Below the pieces are notes generated by a model. The model was not told the origin of the DNA, ran no database searches, and worked only from the letters and a program-made list of their open reading frames with translations. Both the position numbers and the translations under genes were made by a program. From Camelus dromedarius (Eukaryota), in assembly GCF_036321535.1 (NCBI RefSeq), contig NC_087437.1, positions 52,330,001-52,394,000 on the forward strand: a stretch of DNA of 64,000 nt, in the 5' to 3' direction. Below are positions 37,132 through 51,170 of this stretch, in pieces (within the stretch, counting starts at the first letter, position 1; each line of letters opens with the position of its first letter).

Positions 37132-40106
37132 TGATATGCAGTTTATAAAGGTTTTAAATACTCCATTGTATAGTTTAACCATGCTTTACTTAACAAAACT
37201 TTCCTTTAGAGTTATTTTATTGTTCCCAGTGGTTTATGTTTTAAATAATTATGTGATGAAATCTTCATAGCTAGACCCTTTTTGCAAATTCCTGATTATT
37301 TGCTTAAAATAAATTCCTTGAAGTTGAATTTTGGATCAAAGAATACATTTTAAGCCTAGTGATATCTGCTACCAAATAACTGTACTTCAAAAAAGTTGTA
37401 ACAAGTATTTAATCATCAGCAGTGTCTGTTTTCCCACACCCTTCCCAAAACAGTATATTACCATAAAAAAGCAATCTTAGCCACTTTGAAAGGAGAAACT
37501 GGATCTCCTTTTGATTTAATTTGCATTTCTTTGATACTGAAGTTGCACATTTTTTATTGTCCCTTGCATATCATTTTTGGTGAATTGCCTGTTTGTGAAC
37601 TTTTTCCTCTGCCCCTTGTCTTATTTGTATGTTTATGCTGATAATTTTTGAATTCACAACTGTTCAAATTAGTAACAGTGTATTTTGTGCTTTGAATTGG
37701 GTTTTTCTCAACACAGAGGATACACTACTTTTTGCATAGAAGATAGATGAGGAAAAAACTGACATACATATATGTGGTATACGTACATAAGTATATATAC
37801 ACGTGTGTGTGTATCTGTCAAGCATAAAAAGCTACTTAATACTGTTCTGTGTATCTTATTGAGTATTTCTTTATGCAGCATTATCTTATTGATCATCATT
37901 CAGGGTTCTGGAATAATTTAGTAGTTTAATTAGAAGTAAAGCATAATAACATTGATCTCACTCTACTTGTCTGACTTGTAAATTATTCTTCAGTAATATT
38001 ATATTGTGTTGGATTTTCTCTTTTAAGTTTTTCAAACATTTTTCAAGTTTTCAGTAGGTGGCAGCAACAGAAAGCATTTCATTTGGTTCAAAATGTAATC
38101 AGGCATTTATAAGGGACAATATAAAGGAACTTGCCCTAAAGGTGAAGAGCTTTGTGATGGAAGCTACTCCCGAAATGTAAATTCAGGGTGAGGTCTGTAA
38201 GTATTTCACAGCCCAGTTAAGAAGTAAGCTCCAACATATACTCTTTTTGGGAAAATGCACTTTTCAGTGTTGCAGGGTTTACTTGTTATAGCATGTTCTC
38301 CTATTCTGGGGACTCTTACTCCCACCACCACCACCTCTATTTATATTTACAGTGAAAGCCACTTTGAGACAACCAGCCTCCTTTCTAGAGGAGTGGCCTT
38401 TTGAATGATGACCATTTAATACACAGCCTTGAGTAATTTAACAGACTAAAAATATATGCAAAGAAAATGTGGCCTTTTTAGGCCACCGCTTCCATTTTGA
38501 GTGCTCTTCAGTGGGGCTTCATTTTGCTAATTTTAAAATTGAGGGCTAGTCGGGGTCTCAAGAGTATTTGCAGTGAATGTCTTTAGATCATAACACCCCC
38601 CCAAAGTTGGTTAAGCATTGTCTGTAGTCCGTTCATGAAGGGGCAAGCAACCCCACCACAGGGCATCTGGGGACATGCCTGCTTTTGTTCCCAAACTGAA
38701 ATGACAGGTGGTATTTTGTCCTGTAGGCCAGGAAGGGTGGCTGTAAGATAGGCCTCATGGTTGTGGGTGTTGAGGTGGGAAGAGGGACACTTGCTACTCT
38801 GGTCAGTTTAAAGCTCATGATGATTTTTGATGGCAAAGAGACCAGGTTGTTCTGAACTAGAAGCAACCAGAAACCGTAGGGAAAATAAGGAACTGTAAGC
38901 AATGGCTTCCTTTCTTAAGATCACCTCAAAATGAAGAAGAACAAATTGGAATTCAGGGACAAAATGAAGGTGGCCTAGAGTGGGTTTTCCTGCTCCATCG
39001 ATTAAGATTTGGGAAGGTTAAACATTCTTATGCCCTTTATTCCACTCCAGATTAAATTCTCTGTGTAAACATATATTAAGAAAGGAAAGTTGCCAGTTCT
39101 AGACTGCAAGGCTCTTTAGGGCAGGGACTATGTGTTTATCAGCAAGATCTCAGCTCAACACAAGTACATACTGAGCACTCAGCAAGTTTTTATTGACCTA
39201 TTATAAATGAAGTTAACTCTTCTTAGTGACCCTCTCCTCTTTCTTCCTTTCATATCTCCCTAAAACTGCCCCTTCCTGTGCTCAACAGCAAGCTGTGTGT
39301 TTACAGTGAAGTGTGCATTAACTCATCCTCCTCAGCAAGAATACAGCTTAGAGGAGAAGGTTTCTGGTGAAGAAGGGCTATTGTTGGCTAGCCAACAGAG
39401 AAGAGATTCCCCAGCCTTCACAGCTGGTTTTTAAAAGATTAAAGCATTAAAATTTTGCAGGCTAAGAGAAGAGAAGAATTTCATGAGACTTGAAAATACA
39501 TTCCCAGCCCCTTGCATGTTGAATTAGGTTCCAATAGAGTACTTAAGTGATTCAAGTATTCTTGAATCATATTTTCTGTACTTCCAAAGCACTTGTTATC
39601 AGGAGATGGACTGCTTCTATAATACTTTCACGAACATTTACATTTGTATCTTGTTGGATCTTGCTTGTTTGTCCTTGTTTTAGTTAAGGTAGTATTTTCT
39701 CTTGCGGTAGATTGCAGATACCTTTGAAACAAAACGTGATTTTTAAAATTCTTGTTGACCTTTCTTTAGAACCAAAGACAGTATTCTATGTCCCAGGAGT
39801 ACTGAAAGAATCTTAACTGACTGTCCAAGAAAAATAGGCCATTAGTGGTCACTGTTATCCCACAAAAAATGCGAACAACATTCAGGAGCTCCAGAATCAG
39901 TTCCTGGTTCTGCTACAGGTTCTAAGACCCTGGACAAATCTCTGAGCCACAGTTGCTTCATATGTGAAAAAAGGAGGACAGAGTAGTAGTTTTAAGGTTT
40001 TTCCCAGCTTCTTGATTCTCTGAGTCAGTATTTCAATGATTGTATCAAACAATCATTGCTTATTTATCTCATTTAAGAAGTAACCATATACCACCTGGTA
40101 ACAGGA

Positions 40107-40590
40107 TGTATTAGTTGGGATACAGACTAAGCAGCAGTAACAGTCTCAAAAAATTTTTGGTGGCTCAAAAAGGGAATAATGTTATTTTGGTCCTCATTAA
40201 CCATCCTAGAGTAGTCAGGTACCCCAAGACAGATGGATAACTGATTCACCAGAACATTCAAAGCCCAAGGCTACTTCTGTTTTGTTGCTCTGCCATTGCC
40301 TGGGGTACTATCATCTGCACGGTAGAAGCTCATTCACATGGGACATGAGAGAGTCCAGGACGAGCAGCTTCATCTCCAAGAAGACCTGGAAGTTACAAAC
40401 ATACTTCTGTTCAAATCCCATTGGCTAGAATTTAGTCCTGTGGTCACATCTATAGCCAGGAGAATAGAGAAGTCTTTACCAGCGTGACATGTATGTCCAC
40501 CTAAAACTTTAAGAGTGGAGGTGGAGGAGGGGGTTCTGTAATGGAAAGGAAAGGGAGGAGATTGTATACTGCGGTACAGTTTCCACCACT
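40107..40590. mobile_element. Old MaLR LTR (MLT1J/K-like)
   Basis: 'tgtattagttgggatacagactaagcagcagtaac', 'acttctgttcaaatcccattggctagaatttagtc'. Confidence 0.6.
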
Positions 40591-43134
40591 ATGCCTTCTA
40601 TTATGTTTTTAAGCAACTGTAATTTTTTTTATTTCACTGTTTATTGTTTTTCTATCTTATCTAGTGAAATAGGCTAAGATCAGGATCTGCGACTTATCCT
40701 TATATGTATACCTCACAGCACATGTCAAGGTATCTTGAATATAGATGGCATTCAATAAAAAGATGTATATGTTATTTATATATTGATTTTCCAGAGCATG
40801 TAAGTAAGCAGTATGTCCAACGTCCCCTCCCTACCATTACCCTGCTCCATCTACTTACTGCTTGCGTAGTGAATGTTACATGTAAAACTTTAAACCTAAA
40901 CCTAGTCCAGGAGACTATATTGGAACCTATGAAGTAGTAAAATTTTAAAATATATATTATAGATATAGGTTGATTGATTGATTGGGGGCAGGTTGCTACT
41001 AGTAGCAACTTCTGTCTTTTTGGGGTAGCATGATTACATGTAATGGAAAACCAAGAGCTTTCCAGAGTGACTTCATCATTTGGTTTTAAGTGTATTCCCT
41101 GGACATCACATATAATTATATTTATGAGAAACTTTGAAACAGATCTTTCTCTGAAATATTTTTGGGTTCTGTCCTCTCTGTTCCCTTCGTTAGTGTTCGT
41201 AATAAAGAAGTGACTTCAGTGCTAAGTGTGAGTCTACACAGTGTGATCTTATTTATGGATAGTTGTGTAAGGCTCATTTTAAAAACAAGCCACATTTGAC
41301 TGACTCTGTGTTAACATCTTCTCTACTCTGACTTCCAGTTCCTTCACTGCTGCACTTACACACTATAATCCAGTGTGGAGATGAAAAGCACTAGTATGTA
41401 CCTTACCTGTTTAGATTTGATCTGAACTATCTTGGAAGAATTGTCCTATTCTCGCATATCCAGTTTTCCCAAATCCTTCCCTTTCAAGTTTATCTCCTTT
41501 GATAACTGATTGTAACCACCCAGCCCAAAATGATCATTCTATCAGAAAGGGAAGAGGCTTAGTTCAAGCCCTGAGCAAACTACTGCATAAGGACAGGGTG
41601 TGTTTGTATAAGACAAGCCTTTATTCCCTTTTCAAACATCCAACTTGCCAAAGACAAGCAAACAGCAAGTCCTAGATGTAGTCTGGACCAGGAAGAGTGG
41701 CTCCCAGCCTTTATTCAGCCTCACCCCACATTCCCAGGGCTCTCACTGAGCCTCAATGCCACCCATCTTCGTTCTTGGGACATTTTTCTCTAAGGGACAG
41801 GACACATTTTTTTCAGCTAAGGACTTGATCTTACTTTTCTGTGTCAACAGAGGGCAGCAGAGAGCACCACTCTAGCCTGACCTGTAGGTCTCAAACATTT
41901 GAGTCAGGCCCGACCCCCTAGTGCCTACGGAGACAAATACGTGGGGGACTTGTTTTTAGCTCTGGCAAAGACTGGGGCTATTACAGGCATGGTGGAGGGG
42001 AGGTTCTAAACATTTTGCATCATGTGGGAAAGTCCTATGCCTGGAAGAATATTCCTACCCTCAAATGTCAGTTAACTTCCTTTCAGTATTGTTCTCCAAA
42101 ATCAAGTAAAGTATTCCTGCCTAATTTAGCACTTTCATCATTTTGTGTTGGTATTCATCTTACCAAAGCTCCTTGATACTAAAGCTTTTTCATCTTTGCA
42201 TTGTCACTTTTTAAATTCACTTTAAATTTTAGTTATTAGAGTGGTAGACAAATCTTTAATGGAGGAGGGGCAAGAGGTAGTAGGTAGAATTTAAAAGTAA
42301 ATGTCAGTAGGTTACAGAGTTTAGATAGATCTAGATTAGATGAACCAATCTTCCTGAACCTTAATTTTCTCACATATACAATAAGAATAACACCTACCTT
42401 ACTTTAAAATATTTTGTAAATTGTAAAATGAAGTACAAGATTGTTTACAAAGAATGTCTAGGACCAGACTTATTCACAGTTATTATTTCTGGAATTTAGA
42501 TATCCAAACCTCTAAAAGAGAAACAACATAAAAAAGATATTTTAGCACAAAAGGCATGGTGTATAATATGGGATATAAATAATAAGAAGAAACAGGTATG
42601 TGTTATATGTGTCTATTATAGAATAGTAATTTTTAAACTTTTTGTACCACAACTCATAGTAAGAAATATAACTTTCATAGTATCCCATTACACACACACA
42701 TATAACAAGTTTCCTGAAACAATATACTTAACTTCAGCACATGGGATATAATATTTTCTATTCTGTTCTATTTAATCTCATTTTTAAAATGATGGTCATG
42801 GCCCACTAAATTAATCTTACAGTCCACTAATGGGTTGCAACTGCAGTTTGAAAAATACTTTCTCAAAAACCCCTTTATATATCATGTGAGTCTGTTAAAG
42901 AATGTATTTTCTGTCATCCTTTTGAATCTAGCAAATATTTGTTCACCTTAAAGTGGAAAAAAGGCATATTACACAGATGCTAAATATTTAGGGATGTAAA
43001 TGCATTTGTTTTTCTTATTCTCATACTGAAAATTATTACTTGTATTACTTACTCTTTACCTTAAAATATCAAAAAGTGTGCAATAATTTAAAGATTAATG
43101 CAATCTTGTATGTGTTTGTATATTCTTAAAACAA

Positions 43135-43790
43135 TTTTCTTAACAGCTTTATTGAGGTAAAATTGACATACAATGAGTTGCACATGTTTAAAGAGTACAG
43201 TTTGATGCATTTTGACATAAGGATACACCCATGAGCCTGTCACCACAATCAAGATAATGAACACATGTGGCACCCCCAGAGGCTTCCTCAGGCCCCTTTG
43301 TCTTCCTTCTGTGCCACCTTCCCCTTTACCTGGCATAATTTTGTTTTCTGTCACAGTACTTTAGTTTGCATTTCCTAGTATTATCTATATATACATTCAT
43401 AAAGTATATAGTCTTTTTTGTTTGTTTGTTTAATGGAGGTACTAGAGATTGAACCCAGGCCCTCAGCCATGCTAAGCATGCACTCTACACTGAGCTATCT
43501 GGTTTCTTTCATACAATATGATTACTTTTAGATTCATCTGTGTTGTAGCATATATCAATAGTACATATCTTTTTATCACTGTGTGGATTTACCACTGTTT
43601 GTTCATTCACTTGTTGATGGACATTTATGTTGTTTTCGTTTTGGGACTATTACTGATCAAACTGCTATAAAGATTTGTGTATAAATTTTCATATGGACTT
43701 TCATTCACTTGGGGTAAATTACCTAGGAGTGGAATAACTATATCATATGGTAGGTGTATGTTTAACATTTTAAGAAACTGGCTATGTTTT
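43135..43790 (-). mobile_element. L1MC/MD-type 3' end with nested 5'-truncated vic-like SINE (about 43415-43499)
   Basis: 'acagctttattgaggtaaaattgacatacaat', 'acctaggagtggaat..tcatatggtaggtgtatgtttaac'; SINE 'ggaggtactagagattgaacccagg'. Confidence 0.8.
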
Positions 43791-44988
43791 AATAGCTTCT
43801 GTTGAAGGAAAGATCGAACAACAGTTCTTTCACTGCAGTGGTTGTCTTCCTGACACCCTACCTCTAGTTCTCAGTGTATTCTTTCTGGTGGTGCATCTGG
43901 AGTATCGCCTTCTTAGGAGAAAATAACCTTTGTTCCGTAAATTTATGAGATTATTACGTGTTAGATCTTTATGGCCCCAAGCACTTAAAAAATTACCTCT
44001 TGCCATACTGAGTCAAAATCATTAAAACAGGTCTAACTGTGTAATTTATGGATAATGTGTTCTGTTAAATTCTTATTTTCCCAACAACAACAACTTTGAT
44101 TCTTTAAAACAAATATATCAAATATCTGGGTCTATCAAAAATAAATATTTCAGGTATCTCTTTTTTTCCTGGAGCTCTCTGCATATAGTCTGCCTAGGTG
44201 GTCCTGAACAATCTACTTCATGAAATAATTTCTAACAGATTGCTTTTCATTTGCCTGTTACTATCCTTACCACTATCACAGATCAGGCTGCCAGGCCTGT
44301 GGATTATTCACAGGCCTGTGGGTCATACCCTTCAAATGGACTTCTTCAGTAACTTTTTAAATGGGTAATTATACATATTCCCCAGAAAACATATCCAATT
44401 GTTTGGATGCTTCTTGTGTGAGACTCCCAGTTATTTTTCTCTTATAGGCAGACTAGTATAATGAGAGCATAGGTTCTGGAAACTGCTGCCCTTTTTTCTT
44501 TTAATTGAAATATAGTCAGTTTACAATGTCGTGTAAATTTCTGGTGTACAGCATAACAGTTCAATCATATGCCCTTTTTTTTTCAAACTGGCTTTGTGAC
44601 TTCAAATTATTTAGCCTTCCTATGTTTCACATTCCTCCTCTTAAAATGGAGATTAAAATACCTACTCAAAATTGTATTAATTAAATGAGATATTTATATA
44701 GGGCTCTTAGCACAATACTTGACATATAGTAAAGTTGATAAAAGTCACTGACTTTAAAATATCAAAGATAGAGCTTGCTATTGAGAAGAAATGTTGGGTC
44801 TTAAAAATGTTGAACGTGACAAAGACAATAATGAAGTACAAATACTATGTGAGAGTGAGAAAACAGAATTTGAAAGTTAATCTAGTGAAGTGTTGGCAGT
44901 ATTAATGTCAAAAAAGGGACTCTCATAGTTCAGGGAATCTGATATTGGGGTGTCTTGAGTATGACAGAAGAGAATCAATTAATGACAT

Positions 44989-45530
44989 TGTATTAATAAG
45001 AACTCTTTTGGCTACCAGTGACAAAAAACTTACATCAAACTGGTTTAGGCCCCCCAAAAAAGGATGGGGAGGGAATGGATTAATTGGTTTATGTAATTGA
45101 GAGATCTAGCAGAGTAACTAGCTTTAGACAGGACTGAAGTTAGATGCTCAGTTACTTTTGTCAGGAATCCTTTATCTCTCATATCTGCTTTCCTCTGCCC
45201 TATCTATGGACAAAGATGACAGTTCTCTACATACCTTATAGCTCATGTCCCAGTTAAACAGATATGCCTTCTCCCCAATAGTTGTAGCAAACATCATGAG
45301 AACATGGATGATTCTCATTGGCTGGCTGAGATCATGTGTCTGTCTTTTCACTGATCATTATGACCCACCAGGTGAGTTGGCCAGCTTTGTGCTACATGTT
45401 CACTCTTGAAGCCCTACCCTCAGGTGGGGTTGGCTTCATCTGAACCACTTGCACTGAGAGTGGAGGAGAGATGGTTTTCTCAAATGAAGAAGATGCAGGG
45501 CTAGACTTAAAATAATGGCAATTTTTCACT
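44989..45530. mobile_element. Old MaLR LTR (MLT1K-like)
   Basis: 'tgtattaataagaactcttttggctaccagtgacaaaaaac', 'gattctcattggctggctgagatcatgtg'. Confidence 0.6.
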
Positions 45531-47524
45531 ATTTCTATGTTTTGATCTTCAATTGTGTTACATGCATTATGAGGCTAAAGTGGAAATGCCAACTTGTATC
45601 TTGCTAAAGAAGGGGGAAATGAAAATGGAATCAGAAGAATAGAAGTTAAATGGTTAACTTTTTTACATGACCTCTCAGAAAGTACTACGAATTCTATATG
45701 GATGAATAAAACAATATATAAAGCATTTTTTACTCTTTCAATATGTAAAGTGCCTTTATTACTGAAGATATTATTTTTAGTCCCACAATGGTTTGGTTTA
45801 TGTAACTTGCCAGAATGTGTATGTTATGGAGTGGTGTATTTCAGGGATGTTAAATATTTTATTGAGAAATCCATTTGCTTTTGATTTAATTTTAGTGCAT
45901 TTTCATTATCAATCAGAGAATTCTTACATCCCTTGTTTGTAATCATCCTTTCAACAGGGATAATACATTAAAACTTCATTAAGCTATTAAGATTTACTTC
46001 TAAAAAGCATATAAACTCTCTAAGCAATTACTTTTCTCCAGTTAACTAGATGTTTTATTATCCTTTGATTAAAAAATATTAGACTTCAAATCCACTTAAC
46101 TCACAATATTCTTCAAAGTTTGCCATAATTACATGTATTTTTAGGGTTTTTATCATAAAGATAGATGATTGTAGAATTTAACATGAGGCTTTCATCTTTT
46201 TAAAAGTTAATAGATATGTATTTAGTATAAATTTTTTATTTGTAGTCTACCTTTTCTAAAAAGATTTGAAGTGCTTATCACGAAATATATATATATATAT
46301 AGCAAGGTTAACAAAGGGAAAATCAAACCCCAAACAAGGAAGATAAAACAAAAATGAAAACCATGAAAAGCTAAAATAAACTGTATATAGATACAGATAG
46401 ATTGATAGATTTGAGCATAAAGTTGGCTCTGAGCTTCCCACCAAGGACAAAAAAAAAAAAAAAATGGCATTTCAGTGGATTACACTGCTGTCATCTAAAA
46501 GGTAGATGCCTAATAATTCTTTAAGAACAGAAAACTTTCCCCTGGTCCTGAGTTCTAAAACCAATTCCTCATGTGAATTTATTACATGTGAGACGTCATG
46601 CAAGATAATAGAGAATGTAAAGGCGGTATGACTGTTCCTTATAATAGTTCTTGATGAAATTAAGGCCATAACATAGAAGTGTAACTCAGTAATAATGCTT
46701 CTGCTAAGGAGTACCAGGCTAATGATATTTAGGTAGCATGTAGCTTTCTGATGATCTCCCTTGTTGCAAGGACAGATTTTAGTAATACTTATATGTTTTT
46801 CCCTAGATGTTTCTTAAATATTATTTTCTCAGATAAACATTTAATTACAGCTAGATAACAACAACAACAAAGTTGAAGTAATAGTTGGCTGAGGTCTTTG
46901 AATATTGAAACTTGTTTGAGGAGCCATAGACTTTGAAAACAGGGAAAGTTAGGGTCAGAGTTCTGGTATGGCAGTGGAGAATTCTGACTAGTGTCCTCAC
47001 CTATTAGACACATTGTTTAATGTATTAGTTCATACAAACTACATCTTTCTGTAGAAAAATTTAGTTGGGTTTTTTTTTTTTTTTTTGATAAAGAGAATTT
47101 TTGTTCACCTCGCTTAACTTCGTGACAGTTTTCCCCCTCTCACCTGAATTCAGGACCTCAGAGAGTATTCCCCAGCCTCCCAAAGGAAAATGATTTGGAT
47201 AGGCTTTTCTTTGGAAGATGTGTCACTAGTACATCTTTTTAAAATGTCCAGCAAAAGTCTGTTCAAGCTTTATCATAAGCAAAATAAAGCTTTATTTTGT
47301 TTATTCTTTTCTGTGTCTTTTATTCCTGAATCTACATAGTTACTGAAATTTCCTTTGTTAAGAGAGTAGAAGGGCCCATGGTATTTAAATTAAAACAATC
47401 ATAAAACAAAAACAGTTACCAGTGTCATTCACTGAGTACCTTGTATATGCAGGTACTCTGCTGAGGTGTTTACATGTGTTATTTAACTTTCACATAATAG
47501 GCAAAGCCTATTATTATCCCCACT

Positions 47525-47895
47525 TTATTTTTCTTCCAGCTTTATTGAGATATAATTGACATACAACACTGTATGAGTTTGAGGTGATTTGACTAACATA
47601 CATCACGAAATTACTACAATAAGTTAAGTTAACATCTATCATTTTATATACATAGAAAAGGAAAAAAAAGACAAATATTTTTCCTTCCTTGTGATTAGAT
47701 CTCTTAGGATTTACTCCCTTAACAACTTTCATCTGTAACATACAGCAGTGCTAATTATAGTAATCATGTTGTCCATTTTATCCTTAGCACCTATTTATCA
47801 CATAACTGGAAGTTTGTACCTTTTGACCACCTTCATCACCATACAAAGATATTGCATTATTAATAACTATATTCCCCACACTGTACATTTCATCC
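47525..47895 (-). mobile_element. L1MA-type 3' end nested in a MIR (about 47430-48005)
   Basis: 'ccagctttattgagatataattgacataca', 'taactggaagtttgtaccttttgacca'; MIR halves on both sides. Confidence 0.75.
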
Positions 47896-48457
47896 GCACT
47901 TTAATAATGAGAAACTGACACTCAGGTTTATCTGAACTTACATTAACTAATAAACGACAGAGTCAGGATTTGAACCCAGATCTCTTTACTAGCTTTGAAC
48001 CATGCTGGTTACCTGTGAAGGAAATCTGAAGCTTCATGCATTAGCATTGAGGTCATTATACTCTTTCTTTTTCCTGGTATTTATGACAAAAATTGCCACT
48101 GGGTTATACTACTTTGGACTTCTCTTAGATTCTGGTTTAAATGAGTCATTTTCCTTAAAAAAAAATTTTTTTTTCTGAAGAAAAAATCCAACTCTAGAGT
48201 TGCTCATATTTATATAGCAGAATATTGTACCTAAACTTCTTAAATTTTTTCCTGATAACGAGTTTTTAATATTTTCTTGAGAAAGGAGACCATAGTCATC
48301 TTCTGGTCATTATTGAAATTTGAAGCGTTTCATTTGGTTTGTGAAAGAGCTTACGCACTTTGATAATGGTTTTGCAGTCCTCCATACTTAGTATCCCACA
48401 TGCTGAGATGAAAAGTTACTTGTGATGATGGGACTTGGTTTAATATCTCTAGAGTTG

Positions 48458-48660
48458 CAGTGTTCCGTTCAGTAGCCACCAGCCATATGTGACTATTTTT
48501 CAATTTAAATTCATTAAAATTAAATAAAATTTAAAATTCAGTTCCTCAGTTATAAACGCACATTTCAAATGCTAAGTTGCCACATGTGGCTACTGTAAGA
48601 GACAGTGAAAATTATAGAACATTTCCATCATTACAGGAAATTCTCAGGAAGTATTGCTCT
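48458..48660. mobile_element. MER3/MER33-type hAT MITE
   Basis: 'gtagccaccagccatatgtgacta..aattaaataaaatttaaaattcagttcctcagt..gccacatgtggcta..gaacatttccatcatt'. Confidence 0.7.
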
Positions 48661-49913
48661 AGGACGTTCATTTTTCATGGCCCCCTCTCCCTACCTTCCA
48701 AATTCTGTCCCCACAATAACACTGGCCTCCTCTAAGAATAATCTGTGCAGTTTCTGTAGTTTGGGGATACAACTTATCTTCCCAGTGATTTCCCATGATA
48801 TCTGACGTAGAGAAATTTTTGTTGGCACAGTTGATATTTCTGTGCTTATGAGGAGGCATGCTAACCCAGACTAAGTTCATCTTACTAAAATGGCAAGTCT
48901 GTAGAAGCAGCTAATTTTTATTTGCCAGATTATATATTAAGCCAACATCTTAAGTGGCTGTTACTAGAACCATTTATATACTCTGTTTTGTTGAATTCCT
49001 TCAGAGACCTATCCTGATTCCTAGCGAACTGATTGAGTAATGATGTTGCTGTCAAACTTTACAGTGAACACGTTAGCTTCTGTAACAGATCTGGCCACCT
49101 CATTGACATGTTCCACAAAGAGGTTGCCTCTCTATTAGTTAGTCTGTATTATTTGGAAGGTTTGTTTTTGTTTTTTTTTAAATCCAGTTCTTTCAGTGTA
49201 TTCTATTGGCTTTGGTTAGTATTGAAGGAAACAGAGATGTCTTCTTTCCATTTGTAGGTTCTAAAATAATCTTGGGACAGAGACATATTGATTGATACAG
49301 GTCAGTGTGGTGCACTCAGGCCTACTAGGAACGTACCAGTACTGTACTGGTCTTGAGCACACGCATCTCACATGGGTAAATTTCTTTCGTCTGTCTTTTC
49401 CATAATGATATTCTACAGTAAGCTCCTTTACAGAAATTTGTTGAATATGTTGTTTGCCAATAATATTCTATTGCTTGAGTATATAGAACAGTATACTGAA
49501 CATCTTTGCTGTGTGTAAAGTAATCCTGGAAAGTTTTTTTTTCCCCAAATAAGGTAAGCAGTGAGAAGTACTTACTAGTGTCAGGTTTGAACCCTTCAGA
49601 ACCACACAGGAACAGGCAACCACTTTTCTTCTCTCGGCTGTACAAATAATCTGATTGAGAGATACAGTAGATATCTGTTCAGAATGTTTTTGGTCACTGG
49701 ACACCTTATAACCATAGCCTTATATTAACCACTGTTGTTCCAGTTTCAAGGATTTGAAGCCATTTCCCAAGTTTAAAAAAGTTGTGATCAGTATTAGTAA
49801 ATTGTTGGTAATTATGAAGTGAAATTATGGGGTACAAAGGCAGTAAATTATATTAATCTCTACTTTTGTGTAACTTTGAAAAAATTTAAAGTGAAGAGCA
49901 AAAAAGTTCACAA

Positions 49914-51170
49914 GTTATTTTATTTTTTGCCTCTGAGTTGTATGAGTTTCTTATGTATTATGTATTAACCCTTTATCAGATACATGGTTTACAAATATTT
50001 TCTCTTATTCGGTAGGTTGCCTTGTCATTCTGTTGATTGAAACTTTTTAGTTTGATGTAGTCCCACTTGTCTATTTTTGCTTTTGTTGTCTATGCTCTTG
50101 GTGTCATTTGAAGAAATCATTGCCAAGACCAATGTCAAGAATGCGCAAGGGACTTGAACAGTTCTCCAAAGAAGACATACAAATGGCCAATAGGTATATG
50201 AAAAGATGGTGCCCAACATCATTATTAGAGAAATGCAAATCAAAATCACAGTGAGATATCACCTCACATCTCTTAAGATGGCTATTATTTTTTTAGAAAG
50301 ATAACAAGTATTGGGAAGGTTGTGGAGAAATTGGAATCCTTGTACAATGTTGATGCCAGTGTAAAACAGTGCAACAGCTATGAAAAACGATTAGGCGATT
50401 TCTCATAAAATTAAAAATGGAACTACCATATGATCCAGCACTCTCATTTGTGAGTATATATGCAAAAGAATTGAAATCAGGATCTTGAAGAGATATCTGC
50501 ACTCCCATGTTTATTGCCCCACTATTCACAGTAGCCAACATATGGAAACAAGCCAAGTGTCCATCGACAGATGAATGGGTAAAGAAAATATATACAGTGT
50601 ATACAATGGAATATCATTCAGCCTTAAAAAAGAAATCCTTCCATTTATGATGACATGGATGAACCTGGAGGACATTATGCTAAGTGAAATAAGCCAGTCA
50701 CAAAAAAAGACATACTGCATGATTCCACTTACATAACATATCTAAAATAGTCAGACTCATGGAAGCAGAGAATACAATAGTAGTTGCCAGGGGCTGGAGG
50801 AGAGGGAAATGGGGAATTTTTATTCAATGTGTATAAAGTTTCAGCTATACTAGGTGAGTAAGTTCTAGAGGTCTGCTATACAACCCATTTCCATATAGTT
50901 AACAGTATGGTATTGTACTGTGCATGTCAAAATTTGCTAAGAAGTGGCTCTCGTGTTGTGTTCTTAACACAAAAACTAACAGCAATAATAACAAAAACCC
51001 AAAGAACACAAGGAACTTTGGGAAATATTGAATAAGTCTACTCCCTTGACTATGATTATAGTATCATGAGTGTTTGCATAGATCCAAGCTCATCAAACTG
51101 TACACATTAAATATATGTAGTTCTTTGTATATCAATTATACTTCAATAAAAGTGTTAAGATCTTTAAAAT
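49914..51170 (+). mobile_element. L1MA-type 3' portion with 5' inversion
   Basis: 49914-50139 is minus-strand ORF2 end; 50140-51170 is the adjacent L1 sequence on the plus strand through the 3'UTR and AATAAA. Confidence 0.8.

Noticed and set aside
35853..37134. 209-aa and 162-aa + strand ORFs in the L1 5'UTR
   Set aside because: They start at TTG and long open frames are expected in GC-rich DNA; only the ATG/Kozak ORF at 36494 was kept.
44292..44318. 10-bp stem hairpin caggcctgtg/cacaggcctg
   Set aside because: Too short for a pre-miRNA and without supporting context.
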